A stretch of DNA of 64,000 nucleotides. Source: Neoconidiobolus thromboides FSU 785 (Eukaryota > Fungi > Entomophthoromycota). The translations under genes and the position numbers were made by a program. Below the pieces are notes generated by a model. The model made no database searches and was not told the DNA's origin. It saw only the letters and a program-made list of their open reading frames with translations. Shown in pieces: positions 21,881 through 31,954 of the stretch. The number at the start of each line of letters is the position of its first letter. The stretch's first letter is position 1. Location of the stretch: contig MU626370.1 of the NCBI GenBank assembly GCA_025603075.1, positions 1 to 64,000 of the forward strand, written 5' to 3'.

Positions 21881-24616
21881 ATGTTTCAAGAAGAGATAAA
21901 ATACGAAAAAATAAAGAAGAGTGTTCTTCTAGGAAAGGGTAGTTTTGGCAAAGTATACAAGTGTAATTATGAAGGTTTTACATGTGCATTAAAGACTTTA
22001 GTTGCAACGGATAGGTTGAGGGAACAACAGAGAAAAAAATATGCAGATAGTTTACGTTTAGAAGCTAAAACATTAGCTAAGCTTGGTCGTTGTGAAAACA
22101 TTGTTCAATATATTGGTACTTGTATTGATCCAAAACAACGTCTCTGTGTGCTTATGGAGTTTGTCAATGGTAAAAATTTGGCCAAGTTTATTGAAGATGA
22201 GCTACCCTTCCACCCATGGTCGCTTCGTGACAACATTACTTTAGATATTGCTAAGGGGGTTGCTTATATCCATAGTAAAAATATCATCCACCGAGACCTT
22301 AAAGCCGAAAATATTCTCATAGATAACGAAGACCATTTTAAAGCTAAAATCGCTGATTTTGGTGTAGCAAAAGTTTCTGAAGAAGTTCGTGGTACTATTG
22401 AAACGTTCTCTGGAGCTGGTACTCCTCCATGGATGGCTCCAGAATTGTTTTTAAATAGTAAAGCGCTTCCTAGTAAAAAAACAGATATGTATTCTTTTGG
22501 TATGATTATGTGGGAAATGGCAAGTGGTAAAAGGCCATATGAAGATAAAACAAAGGGTGAGCTCCGTCATATGAAAGAAAAAGGTATTATAGAACCTGTT
22601 CCTCCTACTGTTCCTCCTACCTACGAACGTCTTTTACGCAGATGTATGGATCTTGATCCCGAAAACCGCCCTGATTCAACTGAGATTGCTGACTTTCTTA
22701 AGCGGGGCCGTCTTAATAAGGATAACTATGAAACCAATATCTGTATTCAAGATGATGATGATTTAGCCACATTATTATTAGTTGATGTCGAACGTGCAAA
22801 TCAAATTAAAAGGCCAGAACGTCCAGTTGATTTTGACAATAGTAACTTGATGGAGGATAGTGATAGTGATGAAGATAATGAAGATTATCATGGATCCAAA
22901 TTGGAAAATCTTATTTCATCATTTACTCAAGGAAATGAGGAAGTTCGTGATAGGCTTATTGAAGAATATGATGTCAATCCTGATGATCCAACCTCTTTAG
23001 AATTATCTTTAGGTAACGTACATTATAATGGACACCGTGTTCCAGTAAATTATGATGTAGCAGTCAAACATTATGAAAAAGCTTTAGAACTTGGAAGCAA
23101 TGAAGCAGTTTTGAAATTAGGCATATGCTACAAGACTGGTAATGGTAAACCCCTTGACCTTGAAAAAGCTTTTGGACTTTTCCAAAAGGCAGATAAGAAT
23201 CAAGTTGCAGGTGTTAAAAGTCATATTGGTGAATGCTATTTCCATGGTCGTGGGGTTGATTCAAATATAGATGAAGCCATTAAAGCTTTCCGTGATGGTG
23301 CATCTGAGAATGATGCAGTTTGCCATTTTTATTTAGGTAGATGTTATTATTCTGGTTTGGGCTTACCAAAAGATTTCCAAAAAGCTGTTAAACATTTTGC
23401 TTCTGCTGCTCGTCAAGGTCATGCTGAAGCCCAGCTTAACATTGGTATCGTTCATAAGATGGGTATCACTAAGCCACCAGATGATGTTGAAGCCTTCCGT
23501 TGGTTCCTTAAATCTGCCGAGCAAGGTAATGCTACAGCACAAAACAACGTTGGATCATGCTATTATTTTGGTGTTGGCATAAATCAAAACCTTTCTTCTG
23601 CTGTTAAATGGTTTAAAGCTTCTGCCAATCAAGGAAATACAGGTGGCATGCATAATATTGCAGACTGTTATTTGAATGGCAAAGGTGTTGAAAAAGATGA
23701 GAAGGCTGCCTTTGATTGGTTCCTTAAAGCTGCTACCCTAGGTCATGGTTTAGCTCAAAGTACGCTTGCAAATATTTATTTATCTGGAAATGTTGTTTCC
23801 CGTGATGTAGATAAGGCATTTGAGTGGTTTAAAGCTTCAGCTGAAACTGGTAATGTACAAGGACAATATGGTTTAGGTGTTTGTTATAGAGATGGACTTG
23901 GAACTATTAAAAATTATGAGTTAGCCATGAGGTCTTTAGAAACCGCTGCTGATCAAGGTTCGCCACAAGCCCAAATCGCATTAGCGCTCCTTCATTTGGA
24001 TCGTAATAATATAAGCCCTAGTAGAGATGAGCATCAAGCTTTCCGTTGGTTCCACACTGCAGCAGAAACTAATGACTCAAATGCTCAATTCCATCTTGGA
24101 CGTTGTTATGTTATGGGTATCGGTATAGATAAAGATGAGCGTAAAGGGTTCCAATGTCTTCTAAAATCAGCGAATCAAGGTCATGTTGAAGCACAAAATA
24201 CACTTGGTTCATGTTATTACCAAGGTCTTGGTACCCCAACTGATTATAATGAAGCAGTATCGTGGTTCATGAAAGCTTCCCAATCCGGACATGCACTTGC
24301 TGAATTTAATTTGGCAGAATGTTATCTTAAAGGTAGAGGAGTTGAACAATCCACAGCTTTAGCTGTGGACTGGTACCGTAAATCTGCAGAGCATAATCAC
24401 CCCAATGCACAATTTGTTTTAGGATCGATGTACGATAAAGGACAAGGAGTTCCAGTTGATATTGAGGCAGCTTTAAGGTACTATAGATTAGCCGCGCATA
24501 AAATTCCACAAGCACAAAGGCGTATTGATATGATTACCGCACGTATAACAAAACCTCTACCAGAACCAGTTGCCCCACCTCAACAACGTGAAGGAGAGTG
24601 CTGTCTAATCCTCTAA
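21881..24616 (+). CDS. TKL-type protein kinase + 14 SEL1 repeats + CaaX (CCLIL), paralog 2
   Basis: GKGSFG, ALK, HRDLKAEN, DFG and WMAPE; 14 SEL1 units; ends EGECCLIL; intronless. Confidence 0.92.
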   Translation: MFQEEIKYEKIKKSVLLGKGSFGKVYKCNYEGFTCALKTLVATDRLREQQRKKYADSLRLEAKTLAKLGRCENIVQYIGTCIDPKQRLCVLMEFVNGKNLAKFIEDELPFHPWSLRDNITLDIAKGVAYIHSKNIIHRDLKAENILIDNEDHFKAKIADFGVAKVSEEVRGTIETFSGAGTPPWMAPELFLNSKALPSKKTDMYSFGMIMWEMASGKRPYEDKTKGELRHMKEKGIIEPVPPTVPPTYERLLRRCMDLDPENRPDSTEIADFLKRGRLNKDNYETNICIQDDDDLATLLLVDVERANQIKRPERPVDFDNSNLMEDSDSDEDNEDYHGSKLENLISSFTQGNEEVRDRLIEEYDVNPDDPTSLELSLGNVHYNGHRVPVNYDVAVKHYEKALELGSNEAVLKLGICYKTGNGKPLDLEKAFGLFQKADKNQVAGVKSHIGECYFHGRGVDSNIDEAIKAFRDGASENDAVCHFYLGRCYYSGLGLPKDFQKAVKHFASAARQGHAEAQLNIGIVHKMGITKPPDDVEAFRWFLKSAEQGNATAQNNVGSCYYFGVGINQNLSSAVKWFKASANQGNTGGMHNIADCYLNGKGVEKDEKAAFDWFLKAATLGHGLAQSTLANIYLSGNVVSRDVDKAFEWFKASAETGNVQGQYGLGVCYRDGLGTIKNYELAMRSLETAADQGSPQAQIALALLHLDRNNISPSRDEHQAFRWFHTAAETNDSNAQFHLGRCYVMGIGIDKDERKGFQCLLKSANQGHVEAQNTLGSCYYQGLGTPTDYNEAVSWFMKASQSGHALAEFNLAECYLKGRGVEQSTALAVDWYRKSAEHNHPNAQFVLGSMYDKGQGVPVDIEAALRYYRLAAHKIPQAQRRIDMITARITKPLPEPVAPPQQREGECCLIL

Positions 24617-25178
24617 AGTGTAGAGGATAGAGACAGATTCAACTAATCCAATTTTTAAAACCGTATATACAAATAGTCATAATAATTTTTGCAAGTTTTG
24701 GGCTGATGAATACATTACTTTAATTTAGCTCTTTAACTTATTTCAACTTTCATTAAAATAAATTGAATAATTTACACATTTTGTTATTTAAATAAAATAA
24801 ATATATTAATGATAGATAAAACTAATTTAATAAAAACCGAATGTGCTAATAATATTTTGAAAATGTATAGGTACTTTATATATATTAGAACTAAATCAAA
24901 TTAAATTAAGCTATTGATGAAGAATATCATATTACTTAAACTAAATTATTATTATACTCAACCTTGATTAAAAAATGTAATTATAGAATAAGTTCATAAT
25001 AATCATTTTTATAAAAGTTTATAATCTAACAAGATTTAATATTCATACTGACTAATTATAGATATCAATATTTAATAAAACCTATTACTTGATGATACAG
25101 AATCTTAGCAAAAATAGCTCTGACTGATAAAATATACTTTAATGGTCAGATTAACCTATTAGAGCTTAAATAAAATCC

Positions 25179-25284
25179 ATATGAGGATATATTTTTGTGT
25201 TTAAGAATTTTACTAATAATTTTTCCATTCAATAGCGCTTAAGAGATGGAAAAAGTAATGAAGCCGAAAAAAACACTCCCATAT
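25179..25284 (+). mobile_element. MITE copy
   Basis: ATAT-GAGGATA...ACACTCCC-ATAT. Confidence 0.9.
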
Positions 25285-25730
25285 GCTTACTATTTTTCTT
25301 AGTAAATAGCAATACAATCAAAAAAACTATGTTAAAACTAACTGCATTTGTATAAAAAATGACTTGTTTGTAGTTCAATAAGCTTAATAGAGTTTATTTA
25401 ATATTAAAGCATTTTGTGAAACCTTCCATTCCCCCTCCCCATTACAATTATTTTTACTTTGTAATGACCAAATTACTAACTATCCTATTTACAAATCAAA
25501 CATTCCATTTATTTATGTCTCCTATCTTAAACTTATCAATTGAATCTTCCTTTAAACAAATATTGCTGTCAAAGCTTAAAAATTAGTAAAATAATAAAAT
25601 AAAACTAAGTTAAATATCTTTAATAAGAGCAAGATATTGACTCCCAAATGATATAGTTACTTTAATACCTTGGTATGCCGTGAGAGTCGTTTACGCTAAT
25701 AAACGAACAAACAAACGTCAATAAAAACGC

Positions 25731-26491
25731 TTAGTAAAGACGTTGTGGAGCACCCATAGTGGATTTGATGAAAAGAGATTTAACGTTTTGCCAGTTCTTC
25801 TTAAGAAGGGAGACTAAGAAGTTAACAGACATCATGATGTTGGTAACAATGTCATCTTGTTCCATATTAACGTGACCGACGGCAACGGCTAAGCAAAGAA
25901 CTTTCTTTAATTGGAATTTGATGGTGGAACGAAGTTCATCAGCTTTATCACTCAAGTTATCGTTGTGAGATACTGGGGTTGGGAATTTACCAGCTTTATG
26001 GAGACCTGGGCCTAAAAGACGAGGAATTAATTTGATAAGAGCTTCACTGGCTAAGAAAGCATCGTATTTCTTAGCAAGTTTCTTGATGAGTTTCTTGTTC
26101 TTGTTGAGTTTCTTAAGATCATCAACGGACATGGTTTCTAAACCAACTTCTTTAGCTTGTTCACAATGGAAAGCATCACCTAAAACACAGACGCTCATCT
26201 TTGGACGAGGAATGTTAGGGAGCTTTAAGGTACCACTGAAACGCTTATCACGTTGAGGATCGTAATTCTTTAAACCGATTTGGAGTTCAATAGTTTCAGT
26301 AAAGTTACGTTTCTTTTCTTGAGAACCTTCAAGAATTTTAGATACGGCTTCTCTCACGGCTGCGACGGATACTTTGCTATAAATTAATTAATTAATATCA
26401 TCCTTAAGTCATTTGGTATTCGATATTATTTCAGTTTGGTTGGCCTTTATTTTATCTTCTTTGTTTAATTAGATGGATGTATTACCTCATC
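25731..26491 (-). CDS. RPL1: 60S ribosomal protein uL1 (L10a), 2 exons
   Basis: ATGAG|intron 26377-26486|CAAAGTA gives MSKVS; [33 protein letters not shown] and KSTMG are diagnostic. Confidence 0.97.
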
Positions 26492-27172
26492 TTTTAAATA
26501 TAGATTAAGTCAAGAGGGACAGATTAGCTTTCAACTTTAGAGTACTTTAGGAAAGGCAGGAATCTACCTAGATGATGCCATTGATTGGCTGAAAAATCAT
26601 TGTTCTATTGGTCAATATACTACTATAATGAAATAATACTCAAATGTGTGTAGATTTTCTTTTTTTAACTATTTTAAAAAAATCAAAATGTTAAGAAATC
26701 ATTAAAATGGAATATTGAAAGTTACTCAAATACAAAGAAATCAATAATCAATATGACATTTTGGAAAAAATCAAGACCAAAGCCATAAAATCAAAAGTAT
26801 AATTATGGCAATATAAACACTGCTTAAAAATTGTTATGACTATTCAATGAATTAATCTTTAAGCTTAAATAGTAATACTAAGACTTATATGTCATAACAA
26901 CTCATCAATAAGCAATAAATTTAACATGATTTACTTTTTAAATTGTACTTAAAAAATTAATTTTAGTTAATTTTTCTTGTTATTAGCACCAGTGCATTTA
27001 ACTTATAAATTTAGATTTCGTAAAATATATTTTAATTTCAAGCCATAAAAACTTTGGATCCAAAGAGTTAGGTCAATCGACTTAGATGAAAGAGATTAAA
27101 GAGTATATAAAAGCTACAATAATGTAATACTAAACAGATTTATTTTTCTAATAAAAAACATTACTATATACT

Positions 27173-27571
27173 ATGAGCGATTTACTATTGACCTGTTTGA
27201 CAGCTACTATTTCTTTGTTTGCCATCATCTATACTCTATTGCTAGATGCAACCTTCATAGAGTTGAAGTACTTTACATTTATAAAAAATATGAAGGTGTA
27301 TATATCTTTGGTAACGTTGATATTTGGGTTGATTTATGCGGAAAAAGAAAATATATTAAAAAAGCAAAACAACTTATTAGTTTATATGTTGTTAAACGAT
27401 AACTTGATTCAATTTTACAGTTTTCTTTTATTTAGTGAAATATGGCTTTTGTTCTCAATCGAATCAATAACGTTTTATTTTTTAACTAGTAATTACTTTT
27501 TTATACTATATTTCATTCTTTCTACTTCTGTTTGTACTATTTCGCTGATTGCTGCGTTGACTAAGCCTTAA
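27173..27571 (+). CDS. Orphan small multi-TM protein A
   Basis: 132 aa hydrophobic ORF; shares GLIYxEKExIxK, LLNDNLI and LSTS with 27735-28163. Confidence 0.7.
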   Translation: MSDLLLTCLTATISLFAIIYTLLLDATFIELKYFTFIKNMKVYISLVTLIFGLIYAEKENILKKQNNLLVYMLLNDNLIQFYSFLLFSEIWLLFSIESITFYFLTSNYFFILYFILSTSVCTISLIAALTKP

Positions 27572-27734
27572 CTACCTACTAACAAACAGTTATCTTAAAA
27601 TCTATAGATTGTATATATGGCTCTTATACGGCCCATAATAAGCTTTTCACAGATTATTTTTTTATATCCCAAAAGCTGAAAAAGAATAAATACAGATTAA
27701 TATATTTAGATTTTAGAATTACAATTTTGTTTTA

Positions 27735-28163
27735 TTAAATATTAGTAAATAAGGCTTTAAAACAGCAAGATAAAGAGAGTACAGTGGAAGTAGATAGATT
27801 CAGTAGAATCAGATAAAAACCTTGATCAAAATTAAACGTATAGGCTAAAGCAGCTTCTAATGCCAAAATAAACCATAATTGAGCTAACAAGAAGTAATAA
27901 TATCGAGTTATTAAATTATCATTTAACAATCTACTTAAAAACAGATGCTCGAGTCTTTTAACTATATATTCTTTTTCAATATATATCAAACCGCTTATTA
28001 TCGTTAGTATTCCAATCCATTGCTTTAATTTATCAAAGCCTAATAGCGAACTTAAACTAAAATTATGATCTGAATTTTCAAGTAAGAAATCTAAGTTTAA
28101 GCTGTAAAGAATGCTTAAAATAGTGATCGTGCAAGTAATACCACTTTGTATTATTGGATTCAT
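27735..28163 (-). CDS. Orphan small multi-TM protein B (paralog of A)
   Basis: 142 aa; same conserved blocks as A; convergent orientation. Confidence 0.7.
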   Translation of the reverse strand: MNPIIQSGITCTITILSILYSLNLDFLLENSDHNFSLSSLLGFDKLKQWIGILTIISGLIYIEKEYIVKRLEHLFLSRLLNDNLITRYYYFLLAQLWFILALEAALAYTFNFDQGFYLILLNLSTSTVLSLSCCFKALFTNI

Positions 28164-28615
28164 TTTAATTTATATTATTTTACTTTGGGATATTTTGTTT
28201 GTTTATATATTTTTTTTGTTCTTATGGTCTTTAGAATTAATTAGGTTATCTTATGAGCTTAATTGAATTTACATTAGAATGAATGAGTTCCACCCCCCTA
28301 AATTCTCTCAAACTATGCTACTTAATGCATATTAAATCCTGCATTATTTGAATTATATTATTTGTTATCTTAGCATTTTGACAATGTTAATATTTAGGTG
28401 TCAACAAAGTTTTGATAATATGATAGTTAAATATTATATACTATCATAGTTATATACTTAGTATGTATTTTAATTTTTGAATAGAGCAGGTTAAACTTTA
28501 AGCTAGTAAAATTACACCCCATTTATTATGGTTCTAGAATATAAAATGACTGTTTTGACACCTTTTAGTCTAATATAGAATTTTTACAAACCAACTTTCC
28601 AGGTGTTACAGATTT

Positions 28616-28742
28616 ATCGTGACTTAATTAACCTATAATTTAAGAATAAAACTTTGACGAACTATTAAAATACGACACTATGGAAGATTTTGATAATTCG
28701 TCAAAGTTTTATTCTTAAACCATAGATTAATTAAGTCACAAT
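28616..28742. repeat. Long inverted repeat (55-bp arms, 17-nt loop)
   Basis: Arms 28616-28670 and 28688-28742 match at 49 of 55 positions by manual alignment. Confidence 0.92.
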
Positions 28743-29373
28743 AGAGTTATAATATGCGTAACCAACCTTAAAGAGATTGACAAATGTAGTTTAGGATTTT
28801 GCATTATTTTAAAGAAAATTCTAATTGTTGAATTTCAAAGTATCTATTGTCTAGAACTTTGAAAGGCATAAGCATCAGCTGGTGTTTGTTTGATGTAAAA
28901 ATGATAGAATCAAAATTTCATATTTTGAATCAGAAGTTATCGATATACCTCTAATATGGTTTTTTAGTCATTCCATATTAAATAAATTATTTTTAGAATA
29001 TAGAAACAATTATTAATTACTACTAAACTGTTCACTTTTTTGATTTTATATTAATATTCTTTTACCTTTAAAATCTTAAAAACTGATTGCTTATAAAATG
29101 CTATGACTATGAGTGAATTTATAAACTTAGTTGAAGTCAAAACGGTTGTGGTTTAGGCTTTACTTTCCATAATCTGTATAATAATCTCCTATTTGTTACT
29201 TTGTTCATTTATAACATAAAGTAAAGAAAAGCTATCAATTGAATGTAAAGGAAAAAAATAAAAACAATTATTATCTGTGTACTATTTATGTTCAATTTGA
29301 TTTTTACAAAACCAGTACTGGAAAAAATTGAGCCTTGGGTTTGAATTAATCCAGTATAAATTTTGAACTGTTA

Positions 29374-29452
29374 ATATAGGGAATATTTTTTAAGCGCTAT
29401 TTGAGTAAAAATTCTTAGTAAAACTCTTAAACACAAAAATACATCTCCATAT
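29374..29452 (-). mobile_element. Internally deleted MITE copy
   Basis: ATAT-AGGG...TAAGCGCTATTTGAG...TACATCTCC-ATAT; about 27 bp missing. Confidence 0.8.
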
Positions 29453-30095
29453 AGTAATGTCTTTTTTATTGCTTTTTATTTTAAATACAAATAAAAAAGT
29501 TCTAAAAAAGCAATTAAATGCTGAAACAAAAAGCTATTTATATTTATTTTAGTTTTAAATATATCAAAATCACAAGACAATTTTTTTTTAAAAAAAAATA
29601 ATCAGAAATTTACTGTGTAAGTTACTATCATAAATAATAACAATAATACAAATAGGAAGGTATATATTATTAATTTAATGTAAGATAAAATGAAAGAAAT
29701 ATAAGCATATGAAATTTAAATGTACGATTAGAAATATCGAATTTTAGTTTTAAAAATTAATTGATTTAAAATTTCTATTATATAAGGATTATGAAAAGTT
29801 TTGAGAAAGTATTTACAACTTATAAGCAGGGTTTAAAAATTTATGAAAGTATAATAATAAATAGCAGTGTATAAAAACTATCATATGATAAATTTTCAAG
29901 TTTTGTTTTGTTTTGTTTTCATTGTGCTGTTAAAAGTAGAAGTTTTAGTATAGAAAATTGATTCTTCTCGACATAATCTCATATATGTCAAACTACTTCT
30001 AAGCATTAATACTGTTAAAAATACAATATAAAATTTAATAAAAATCCACTACATAGTAATTTTTACTTATCGATATCTAGTGTACTAATTTCATA

Positions 30096-30196
30096 ATACG
30101 GGGATGTATTTCTGTGTTTAAGAATTTTGCTAATAATTTTTCCGCTCAAATAGCGCTTAAGATGGAAAAAAGAAGCCAAAAAAAACACCCCCATAT
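30096..30196 (+). mobile_element. MITE copy
   Basis: ATAC-GGGGATG...ACACCCCC-ATAT. Confidence 0.9.
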
Positions 30197-31022
30197 TCTA
30201 TTGTGTATAGAAAAAGCTATAAATTCGCTTGGAAAACTGATAAATGTTTTTTATCGACTATATTTAAGGCTTTTGGACAGTTGATGCTTTTTTAATAGAT
30301 ACAGCGTAGTTTATATCTAAATGAAGTTTAAGAAACATAAAAATTTGGATTATTAAATAATAGGGAGGGTTTAGATTCATAATGAAATATTCTATCTGAG
30401 ACATCTGAAAAGCTTAAATTTATCAATTTTTATTAAAAACATTAAAAAGTTATACATAATTTGGTATTCTATTAATCAATTTATAATTTGTCTAATAATA
30501 TAATGAATTAAAAGTAGCAACATAAATCTACAATGCAGCACTATTGTTCTGTATGTTTTGAAAATCAAGCGGCTTTGTATCAAGTGGACTTTGAGGGTAA
30601 CCCATTGATTGTGATTTTAGATCAAAAGTTAATCTTAATTGAAAAAAATTGGCTATTTATTAATATTTTGATATTTTTAAGTATTAGTAAAATTTAATTA
30701 TAAAACTTTTCTTCATCCTTACATTTATTTTTAACCTTGATCTTGTTAAAGCTTTAAAACAAACAGTTATTATCTTATATAAATGGTTTACAAATGGCTA
30801 TTGTTATGATTTAACATGAAACTTTATTATATTAATAATTAAAGAGAGTCTTTTATATCAATGTTTAAATAGAACAACAATGGCCGAAGGAGCCTTTTTG
30901 AACTTGAAAGTCGAAACCTTAGCCTCTGAGTAAAAAAACAAATCATATTGATTTTAATATTATCAGTTTTATAGTATTATTAAACTTAGTTTTAACTGAT
31001 TTTGCTAATAGGTTTTAAAAAT

Positions 31023-31119
31023 AGGTGGGGAGTGTTTTTGGTTTTATCACTTTCCATTTTTAGGTGCTATTTGAGTGGAAAAACTATTAGTAAAATTCTT
31101 AAAAAATACATTCCCAGAT
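31023..31119 (-). mobile_element. MITE copy ~0.85 kb upstream of Argonaute
   Basis: AGGT-GGGGAGTG...TACATTCCC-AGAT. Confidence 0.85.
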
Positions 31120-31954
31120 ACTAATCCAAAAGGCTAACTTTGAATTTATATATATATAAGAAGGTGAAAGGGGAGTATGAAACGTAGTAGAAAACCTACT
31201 ATATAAAATTCAAGATTATATTGATTACAGGCTTCTTTATTATAAAAACTAATGGGTGATAGTTTACAACTATATCATTTGTAAGAGTAAAAACGGATTA
31301 AATGCTCAAAAAAGTTAAGTGAAATGTATAAAACAGGTCGCTAATTATTACGAAAATTATCTTATCATATTTACGTGGTTTTCTTATCTTACCATGTCTA
31401 TATAGGCTTAAAATACACTTATATTAAATTATAATATACTTATATTAGCTTATCTCCTTTGCTTTAGTATAAGTTTAACTTAGTCTAACTTTTAATAGCA
31501 TTTACTATTTAAATTCCTTTAATTTCTAAAGCCTCAATTTTTAAGCTCAATGAAAACATTACATCCCAATAATTTATTGGCTAGATAAAAAAGACTACGT
31601 ATTATTGATCCAATTAAGGGATAAACATTACTTTAATAATTACACTTCAGATCGATTGTAATATTGTAAATTACGTGGTCATTGTGATCAAATATAGTAA
31701 ATACTTATGGACTATAACCAAGATGTTTAGATCAAAAGTAACAAATTAGGCTTCAAATGTATATATACTGATAGATCTGTTTAAAATTGAAACCTTTTTT
31801 ATTTAGGGTTATACAAAACAGAGATTATTGGTCAAAAAACGATCATTCAGTCTCATAAAATATAAAAGATTGGGAGTATTTTAAATCGTTATTCTTTTTC
31901 AATTTGCAAGTAAAATTTTAAACACAGATATTAAATTTTCTAAAAAAGTCAAAG

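Noticed and set aside
26377-26486. Intronic snoRNA in RPL1
   Set aside because: No correctly ordered C/D boxes or H/ACA hairpins found.
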